From NCBI GenBank assembly GCA_964016885.1, contig OZ024740.1, forward strand, positions 94,240,001 through 94,304,000: a DNA stretch of 64,000 bases, given 5' to 3'. The translations under genes were made by a program, and so were the position numbers. Shown piece after piece: positions 53,808 to 64,000 of this stretch. The number at the start of each line of letters is the position of its first letter. The first letter of the stretch is position 1. Below the pieces are notes generated by a model. It ran no database searches. It was not told where the DNA came from and saw nothing but the letters and a program-made list of their open reading frames with translations. This DNA comes from Eledone cirrhosa (Eukaryota).

Positions 53808-55989
53808 CAAGTCTTCCCAACGGGCTCCAAGTGGACCCCTAAGAGGCCATAGCGCGATTACAGGAGGTCCACAGAAAGATGACGAATTAAATGTACATAA
53901 TGGAATGTACAGAATTAAATGTATAATAAATGAGTTGATTTAGTAAAAGTTATTATCTTAAATAATTTTTTCCTTTTAAATTAAATCGTTTTAAGTAGGG
54001 TGCATACGTTTTCAAGCATCAAGAAGAAACGTCTTGATTTCTGGAATTTGAATTGTAAATTATAAATTTTAAAAAGCTTCTTAATTGCATCTTCTATTTT
54101 AGGTTTCTTGCTATAAAACTTAAATATAAGCAAAAGCAAGAAGAAATGTAGGCAGTATAATCCCTCTTATATTCAATATGGATTTATTAGCAGCAAGAAC
54201 AATACATTACTACCACAGTGTCTTATTTGTTTGACACAACTAACGAATGCATCAATGAAACCCGTAAAACCTTCTTTACACATCAACAAGTGTCAATACT
54301 CATAAAGAATACTTCGAAGCGCTCAGTGACAGTGCCTGTTCTTCATCATCAAAATTGAAATGATTCCTCATCGAGAGCAAAAGCGCTTCTGGACTCACCG
54401 CGTCGTAGAATATTGCGCTTTCGATTGCCAACAAGGTCGACCGCATACACTTGCTGATGACCTCATCAAACCTGCAATCATAGAAGCATATGAAGTGGCT
54501 AATATTTATAATCCAGAGTCTGTTCTCAACAACATACTTTTATCCAATAATACCATTTCATCGCGAATAACTGATTTAGCAGATGATGTCAAGTCAATCC
54601 TTATTTCAGACCCGCGACACACCAAATGTTCATTAACTGTTGATGAAAGTACCTTTGCGAATCAGTCTGTGCTCCTTGCATCAAAGATTCCAGAATATGT
54701 GAGGAGATAGCTTTATTAAATTTCTCATCAACACTACAGGAGAACAAGTGTGCAACGCTGTCACCGGCTTTTTAATGACAAATGATCTCAGCATGGATAA
54801 CATGGTTTCCATTTGCACAGATGGTGCGCCGTCAATGATCGGCAAAATAAAAGTATTGTGCAGATTAATTGAAGACAGAAGCGACTTTACTAGTCATTGT
54901 GTTTTACATCGTGAACATTTGGTTGCAAAAAATATTGGTAACTGTGATCTTATGGCCATTCTTCAAACGGTTGTTTCATCCGTCAACAAAATAAGAACCC
55001 GAGCCCTTCAAGACAGGATTTTCCAGGATGGTTGTCGTGACGAAGATTTCCATCGGCTGGTTTATTCCACAGACGTACCTTGGCTTTCAATGGGGAACTG
55101 TCTCACGAGATTTGTCGTACTGTTTGACAAAGTTTTATAATTTTTGCAGAACAGAGACAGTGTTCTGAGGAATTCACTTATTGATAACAAGATTGTTATA
55201 TTGTACTTGGAAGAGATATTTCGGAAACTCAATGAACTGAATGTATCCATGCAAAACCAGGATATCAACATCGTGCGTGCAAAACAAGTTATAAAGGGAT
55301 TCATCAATAACTTGGTGAATTGGAAAATGAAAGCCAAGACGCAAGACTTCTGTCATTTTCCTAGTTTGGATGGCAAGGAAATTAATTGTGAGTTACAAAC
55401 AATTATTGAGGATCATTTGTCTTTGTTGCATGATAACTTTCAAACTCGTTTTGAGGATCTTCTACAGTTGAGCATACCACCTTTTGTCGATTTATTTCAT
55501 ACCATGACAATGGAGGATGTCATGAATAAACCTGAATGCGTCCAGATTGAGCTGTATGAGGCCATTGCTGATGAGCGCTTGATTCAGGCCTCTGAGAAAA
55601 ATTGGGTCAAAGCATGGCTGAAAAGCTCGATCAAATATCAAACCTTGTATGAATAGGTGGAACCATTTATAATTAATCTACCAACGTCCAATTTCATGGA
55701 GGAGGGCTTCATTTATTCACAAAGCAACGATGGAGCTTGCAAGATAATCCAGAAATGAGTCTCCATCTGAGTGACCTACAACCGCGGATTTCTGCTCTCG
55801 TGAGTAATAAACAGCCACAAGGATCTCACTAAAAACGTGTTCCGGTAGGACTCTTTGATCATTACGAATACATTTTGTATGTTGAATTAATGTCCTAAAT
55901 GTTGATAGTTCTTGAGAGATGGGTGGGGGTCCATAGCGAAAGAGGATTCTGATTGAAGGTCCATAGTGAAAAAAAGTTGGGAAGCATTG
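53808..55989 (+). mobile_element. hAT DNA transposon (Charlie/Buster-like), degenerate
   Basis: 8-bp TSD CCCTAGAG at 53800-53807 and 55990-55997; TIRs CAAGTCTTCCCAAC / CAATGCTTCCCAAC; transposase relics RQY...YGF..PQCLIC..SMKP (BED finger), LSNNTI..RI, VDEST, CTDGAPSM, HCVLHREHL, WLS.G..L.RF. Confidence 0.92.
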
Positions 55990-56451
55990 CCCTAGAGCCA
56001 TTGCCCTTCCCTTCATTTTCCGCGTTTAAATATCTGTAATGTTGTTGCTATTTGAAATAGATTTGTTTGCGATGTTTTTTGTTTTGTATTAATAAAACAT
56101 ATTGAGTTGATTGACAATATATAATGCAAAAAAAATGATTAAGTGAAAACAAATGATAAATAAAAACAAATAACGAAACGAAATTAAATTTCGTTTCGCT
56201 TCTAACTCACTTTTGTATGACTGACGCTTAAACAATTAAGTTAAAGTGTACATCTACATATGTATACGGAAGTATTAGTATGCATATAAATACACACATG
56301 TATACATATGTACATGTACTGAGCCTTTCACTAGACACTTTACAGTGAGTGTCAGCTAGTCTGTATGTAACCACACAGACGGACCGGGTTTTAGAGTCAT
56401 ACGAGTTTTCAAGGAAACACATTTCCTCTATTCACCAGAGGGCCAGACAGG

Positions 56452-56496
56452 AATATTGGACTAGTTTCGATGTTATTACATCTCATCAGCAATATT
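56452..56496 (-). ncRNA. Canonical minimal type I hammerhead ribozyme
   Basis: AATATTG-CTGATGA-GATGT AATA ACATC-GAAA-CTAG-TC-CAATATT. Confidence 0.92.
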
Positions 56497-57012
56497 TACC
56501 CATCTTCCGGCTTCTCTGGAGAATTGTAAAAGCACATATCGTTATATGCTTTTTCTATGAAAATTAGTAGTGGGTAGACTAATTTGCATAGAATTTGCCC
56601 TCTGGAGAATAGAGGAAATGTGTTTCCTTGAAACCTCGTACGTCTCTAAAACCCGGTCCGTCTGTGTGGTTACATACAGACTAGCTGACACTCACTGTAA
56701 AGTGTCTAGTGAAAGGCTCAGTACATGTACATATGTATACATGTGTGTATTTATATGCATACTAATACTTCCGTATACATATGTAGATGTACACTTTAAC
56801 TTAATTGTTTAAGCGTCAGTCATACAAAAGTGAGTTAGAAGCGAAACGAAATTTAATTTCGTTTCGTTATTTGTTTTTATCGTTTCCGCTGAACCGGTGC
56901 GTACAATGACTCACGTTCTATGCAAATTAGTCTACCCACTACTAATTTTCATAGAAAAAGCATATAACGATATCTGCTTTTACAATTCTCCAGAGAAGCC
57001 GGAAGATGGGTA

Positions 57013-57057
57013 AATATTGCTGATGAGATGTAATAACATCGAAACTAGTCCAATATT
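57013..57057 (+). ncRNA. Canonical minimal type I hammerhead ribozyme
   Basis: Identical motif; predicted cleavage after C57050. Confidence 0.92.
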
Positions 57058-57481
57058 CCTGTCTGGCCCTCTGGTGAATAGAGGAAATGTGTTTCCTTGA
57101 AAACTCGTATGACTCTAAAACCCGGTCCGTCTATGTGGTTACATACAGACTAGCTGACACTCACTGTAAAGTGTCTAGTGAAAGGCTGAGTACATGTACA
57201 TATGTATACATGTGTGTATTTATATGCATACTAATACTTCCGTATACATATGTAGATGTACACTTTAACTTAATTGTTTAAGCGTCAGTCATACAAAAGT
57301 GAGTTAGAAGCGAAACGAAATTTAATTTCGTTTCGTTATTTGTTTTTATCGTTTCCGCTGAACCGGTGCGTACAATGACTCACGTTCTATGCAAATTAGT
57401 CTACCCACTACTAATTTTCATAGAAAAAGCATATAACGATATGTGCTTTTACAATTCTCCAGAGAAGCCGGAAGATGGGTA

Positions 57482-57526
57482 AATATTGCTGATGAGATGT
57501 AATAACATCGAAACTAGTCCAATATT
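57482..57526 (+). ncRNA. Canonical minimal type I hammerhead ribozyme
   Basis: Identical motif; predicted cleavage after C57519. Confidence 0.92.
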
Positions 57527-58436
57527 CCTGTCTGGCCCTCTGGAGAATAGAGGAAATGTGTTTCCTTGAAAACTCGTATGACTCTAAAACCCGGTCCGTC
57601 TGTGTGGTTACATACAGACTAGCTGACACTCACTGTAAAGTGTCTAGTGAAAGGCTCAGTACATGTACATATGTATACATGTGTGTATTTATATGCATAC
57701 TAATACTTCCGTATACATATGTAGATGTACACTTTAACTTAATTGTTTAAATGATAAATAATATAAAAGGAAATAAAAGATGAAAATAAAATTAAGAGAG
57801 TAAAATTGATTGTAAACATGAACAATAAAATTAAGTATTGATAGAGATGATAGTAGAATTAACAAAATAATAATAATGAAATATTTCAGTTTATTTTTAA
57901 CAATAATCATGAAAATAAAATATCAGTATATGCATGGAGCGTTGTTAAGTTCATATTCCTTGTCTAGTAGCTGGATTTATTTTAAGTGTGATTTCTACTC
58001 ATGGTCAATCAGTTGAACAAATATATGTGTTATGGGGTGAGTTGGACAGACCTAATAAAACATATAATTGAATGCATTTGAATCTCTCTGCACACATGTG
58101 TGCATGTGTATGTGTTTGTACGGCCGCATACCGTACAAACACATGAACATACAGACACGTTTGCAGAGAGATTCAACACACACTCGCACGAAGACGAACA
58201 CGCACATACACAAATAATTTCCCATGGGGGCACACGTATCACCTTGATGTTAACAGGGAAGGTTGTAATTATATTAATAGGGTTTAATTATTATTTTATG
58301 ACAATACCATAATCATAATACAATAAGGATAATACAACAATTATATCATATTTCGAAATATGTGATAATGTTAATTTATTTGTGGAAATTACTATACGAG
58401 GGCAACATTCTTACCCATATACATACCCCACACACT

Positions 58437-59797
<1,361 letters not shown>

Positions 59798-59804
59798 GTA
59801 TATA

Positions 59805-59845
<41 letters not shown>

Positions 59846-59891
59846 GGAGAAGAAGTTTATGAGATGGAAATGCGGGTATACAGAATTTATT

Positions 59892-60008
59892 AGGTAACAA
59901 TTGTTTCTATAGTGTATGGGTTACCTATACCTCGCTATTTGAATAATATAAAAATATTATCATAAACCGAAGGTACACTGTAAGCAAGCACACCATATCG
60001 TCAGACCT
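59892..60008 (-). ncRNA. Type I hammerhead ribozyme, long stem II
   Basis: AGGT-CTGACGA-TATGGTGTG...TACACTATA-GAAA-CAATTG-TT-ACCT. Confidence 0.8.
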
Positions 60009-60418
60009 TTGTATTGGAATGATATGAAAATATTTTATACACTAGATAAAATATAAAGAAGGAGGTAGGAAGAGAAGGGGAAGAGGGAAGTGAGTAAGGT
60101 GGAGGGAGTCTTAGGATTTAAGACTGTCAGACTAGTAGAGACCGTAAGGAGAGAATGTTTTGGCAGCAGTTAGCTTAATGAGGCGTGTTAGGGTTGGCGG
60201 GGGAAGTAAATTCTTCTAGTGGTGTTGTTCGGACAAAATTCAGTTAAAGGAGTCAAAGTGGTACAGTGTCACAGACAAGTTTTTGCGGCTATTATAGTAG
60301 CAGGTTATTTCTAAAGGGGTCCAGAAAACAGTGTTTAGTACTATTATTATAGAACGCCATATCTTGTGTATAAACACATAAAACAAAAATTTGCAAACGT
60401 TGGTGTAAAAAGGTAAAA

Positions 60419-61135
60419 TTATATGCATTTAAAAAAAGAAAAAGTCGTTTTCAAACGATGGTTACAGTATAGAGGACGTTCAATTTTGCTGTTCAAAAGT
60501 TTGTTTACCGACGTTAAAATGCAGTATATCTCCAAATTGCATAACTTGCAGAATCGATGATTTTGCTTATATGCAGGCGCAGCAGCAATAATTTGCCAAT
60601 CAAGGGAGAATGCTTGATCGTTCCTCCGGTGCTGCCAGGCTTTATGGGCGAGGGTTGTTACGGAGTGCATTTTCTCGTGCCTGATCGAAGATCGATGTTG
60701 GTATAGGCGAGCCTTGAAAGAAGTTGCGGTACATCCGACGTAATACCATTTGTTGGTTCCGGAATTTATTGTACATCGGTAGACAATATTGCGTGCTAGG
60801 CACTGGTTATTCAGTGGGCACGTACGTGGTTTGGTGCAGTTACAATTATTTTTATGATTTGCAGTAGAATCCTGGATAGTTTGGTGGGGTTGTAGTTGCG
60901 TGTTAGTGCGTTGTATGTTGCTATGCTGGTGCGCTGAGTCATTAGGGATGTACTTATTCAGTATTGCTGAGTTGAGCTTTTTAACTAGTTGTTCTATGTT
61001 AGGTGCAGTGGAGTATGAGAGTCTAATGGTGCGCGAGTTAAAGATTTTATAGTATTTATGTGAAGTTGTAAAGTGTTTATTGATTAGTGTATAGAATTGT
61101 GAGATAATCTTAGTGCTAATAGAATAATTGTACAC
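60419..61135 (-). CDS. PLE linker plus GIY-YIG endonuclease
   Basis: CNC..CPL..CL, IVY..YVGCT, FKARLYQH, CKLCNLE, CNH. Confidence 0.88.
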   Translation of the reverse strand: MYNYSISTKIISQFYTLINKHFTTSHKYYKIFNSRTIRLSYSTAPNIEQLVKKLNSAILNKYIPNDSAHQHSNIQRTNTQLQPHQTIQDSTANHKNNCNCTKPRTCPLNNQCLARNIVYRCTINSGTNKWYYVGCTATSFKARLYQHRSSIRHEKMHSVTTLAHKAWQHRRNDQAFSLDWQIIAAAPAYKQNHRFCKLCNLEIYCILTSVNKLLNSKIERPLYCNHRLKTTFSFFKCI

Positions 61136-61183
61136 GGGGTTATACCATATGTACTCTCTACGTCTGACTCTATTTGCTGGTTT

Positions 61184-61810
61184 TCACCTATTAGTATGCC
61201 TATTGATGTGTATGTGTGGTGCAATACTAGTTCGACTTAGATGTGTTTTATTCATAGTACTTATGTGGTTATCGTCTAGATATTCTATTTTCTCGCAGTA
61301 ACCAGCTTTTCTAAGTTCGTCATTATAATATTCAGCATGCTCGTTGAAAGTCTGCAAATTAGACGACAGTCGGGAGATCCTTATGGATATATTTTTAGGG
61401 ATAGATTTAATAATGGAATGAGGGTGGTTCGATTTTACATTAACGTACTTGAGATTGTCATTAAGTTTGTGAAATGGCTCAATATAACCGTTATTAAGGT
61501 TGAAGGTGACATCCAAGAAGTTGACCACCTTAAGATTGTGTTCGAAGGTAATATTAAGCCCTAGTTCTAAGAAAAGTTTCCTAATGTTTTTACGTCGCCT
61601 TTCTAGGTTTTGTTTGTTCATATTCTTGACTAACAGAAGTGTATTGTCGCGGTATATTCCGCCGTGGAGGTCCGTAAATTCGCTCTGGAGTCTATGGGCT
61701 ATATAGATCCCAACCAGATCCGTGACATCCGCCGAATCATTAGAACCCATCGTAATGTCGAATTCCGAGGGTCTATCTCTGCGGACCCAATAACTATTTT
61801 CAAAGTGCAC
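61184..61810 (-). CDS. PLE reverse transcriptase C-terminal part (YRDN, catalytic Asp lost)
   Basis: FDITMGSNDSA, GIYRDN, VNFLDVTF, YVNVKSNHP. Confidence 0.88.
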   Translation of the reverse strand: MHFENSYWVRRDRPSEFDITMGSNDSADVTDLVGIYIAHRLQSEFTDLHGGIYRDNTLLLVKNMNKQNLERRRKNIRKLFLELGLNITFEHNLKVVNFLDVTFNLNNGYIEPFHKLNDNLKYVNVKSNHPHSIIKSIPKNISIRISRLSSNLQTFNEHAEYYNDELRKAGYCEKIEYLDDNHISTMNKTHLSRTSIAPHIHINRHTNR

Positions 61811-62566
61811 TACTGTGCGTCTAGCTTCAAGTATAATATTAATTTCCTCGTTTGTGAGGTCCGAGTTAGTCTTAGCGAAAGAGAGGGCCTTATGCAGGGT
61901 TTTGGGTGAAATAGAGGAATAGTATTCATCTATATCGAATTGAATAAAAGAAGGTTTGTTTTTGCCCCTAATTTTATTGAACCATCGTATTGTCTGATGA
62001 GTATTACCCCATAATTTAATATCTACCTTAGCCTTAACTTGGGGGATAATACGATCTAATATGTACTTACTAATTCTACTTATATCGAACTTTGAAGGAC
62101 ATATTAATCTAATTTTAGGGTTAGTATCGAAGTCTTCCTAATGGTCCTTCAGATTAAATGTCGGTGTAGCCGTTCTGTCGTCAATTTTTTTAGTTTCTTA
62201 ACAATATCACATGCTACGTTATTAATGTTGGTTAGTGTAGTTGCGTTTGTTTTTTTGTACTTCCTATGTAATTCCTTACGTATAAAATTATTATATGTTT
62301 CTACATCCAGGGTGTATAGATTCGATGTTTTATATATATATATATCACGTACACAATCATATATCATTTTAATAGATATTTGTTCTAGGTTTCATATATA
62401 TTTGATATATATTTATCCTTATCGAGCCCTCTTGGGATTTTAGTATTCACATTTATTATTATTACTATATACATATAGATATATATATATATACATAGAT
62501 ATATTACACGCAATCACACGCACACACGCACACACACATACAAACACACACAAACAAACAAACACA

Positions 62567-62632
<66 letters not shown>

Positions 62633-62669
62633 CACACACAAACACACACTCATGTCTACATGTGAACAC

Positions 62670-62757
62670 ATATCTGAGGAGCTCATGATTCGAGAGACAT
62701 GATTGAAAATACATCGATCGTTCCTCGAAATGATCGGCAGTGAAACATATGTAATAT
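62670..62757 (+). ncRNA. Type I hammerhead-like motif
   Basis: ATAT-CTGAGGA-G..TTCGAG..CTCGAA..-GAAA-CATATG-TA-ATAT; base of stem II imperfect. Confidence 0.6.
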
Positions 62758-64000
62758 AAAATTAAATATATATAAGATGTAACACAAGAAAGTGAGAAAT
62801 CATTAGAAGAGTAGAAAGTGTAGGACAGAAAGGCAAAATTCAATATGTACAGATGAACATTTTGAATTAAAACACTCTTCATTTTCAATGGGTAATGAAT
62901 TCAATCGATGACGTAAAGTGCGAATATTTATTAATTTAATTCGATATATATTAGATAGATATCAGGCAATAATTATGTAATTCAAAATAACGAATAAATG
63001 GGTAGTACAAAAACGCCCCAGTCATCAATCGTCGAAAAAGGTATCCAAATGTTCGGCATGGTTCATTGGCACGGCAAACACATTTGGATGTCAAATATAG
63101 CGTTTAAAGACAGTATTTTACAACAGAAAAAAAAATGAAAAATAAAAATAAAGCAAAACAGTTAAAACTAAAATGAACTTGCATCGTTTTATATTTAAAT
63201 GTACGATTTTAATGTTGAAGAATATGTAACGAATATTGTCAGTATCATTCTAGGAAACAAACAAATATATGGAGAGTGATGCGCAAACATAAAATGTAAA
63301 CTTGACTCGATAGGCATAGGTTGATGAGTGAAGCGAAGCAGAAGTGACTGCCTGCGGCTCAAACGATATTGAAATATTTGCAATAGGCCGAACCCGATTT
63401 TATTCATCAGCTATCCGAATAGTCGCAATCAGAAGCAGAGTGACATACACCCACATACACTCTCTCATACACACACACATATACGTATGTGTGTGAGAGA
63501 GTGTGTGTGCGTGTGTGTGTGTGTGTGTGTGTATGTATATGTGTGTGTCTGTGTGTAAGTGAGAATGGGTGTGTTATAAACGATTTCAGAATATTGTAAT
63601 TATTTAATATCGATGTATGCTAATCGAAACATTTTAAAACAAATATATATCTAAAAAAATACATCAGTGGAGTAATACAACATTAGATAATTGGACATTA
63701 CGAAGAATAATTGGTAAAATAAACAGATAAAATTACGACAATTGTTTACTTTTCTTAAAATTCGATACGAGATTTTCAGTTAAAGAAGGAGAATATCATT
63801 TATGGTAATGTTTATTTGTAAAATTATATTCTTTCCGGGGATATTTTCAATTTGAAAGGAATGATGATTAAATTATATTCAGTGGAATATTTTATTATTA
63901 TTACATAAAAGCTACGTTTAATTTAATGGAGATTGCCGTTTATAGAATGTGTAAGTCTCTATAAATATGTGGGAGACTGTATGGCTCTTTATTATGCTAT

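Larger units (their letters stand above)
56161..57750 (+). mobile_element. Retrozyme-like element: about 2.5 tandem 469-bp units plus a 433-bp inverted 5' arm
   Basis: Direct repeats 56597-57750 (period 469), inverted copy 56161-56593, a hammerhead per unit, flanking AAATGATAAATAA duplication. Confidence 0.85.
59845..62335 (-). mobile_element. 5'-truncated PLE (Naiad-like), degenerate
   Basis: KTSNLY, LKDH..RLICPSK, QFDI.EYY, FDITMGS.DSA, GIYRD, FLDVTFNL, SNHP, GIY-YIG. Confidence 0.92.

Noticed and set aside
56228-57750. Repeated 64-80 aa ORFs, or a CRISPR-like array
   Set aside because: ORFs recur only because the unit is repeated; no unique spacers or cas genes; eukaryotic context

Overview
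AT-rich, microsatellite-dense eukaryotic DNA with no recognisable host gene. The SINE fragments and repeat landscape resemble Octopus (inference from recalled SINE sequence). Contents: two tandem degenerate RTE LINEs with C-terminal C2H2 fingers, a degenerate GA-rich minisatellite, a Tigger/pogo and a hAT (Charlie/Buster-like) DNA transposon, a non-autonomous Helitron, an old R4/Dong-like LINE relic and at least six Penelope-like element (PLE) copies. The main structure not shown by the ORF track is RNA-level: about 16 type I hammerhead ribozyme (HHR) motifs, mostly minimal with a palindromic stem III. They occur in PLE pseudo-LTRs, in small fold-back elements, and in a near-identical 469-bp tandem array with an inverted arm and a 13-bp target-site duplication (56151-57761). 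This array looks like a recently inserted retrozyme predicted to yield a 469-nt self-cleaved or circular RNA. All folds and alignments were done by eye.
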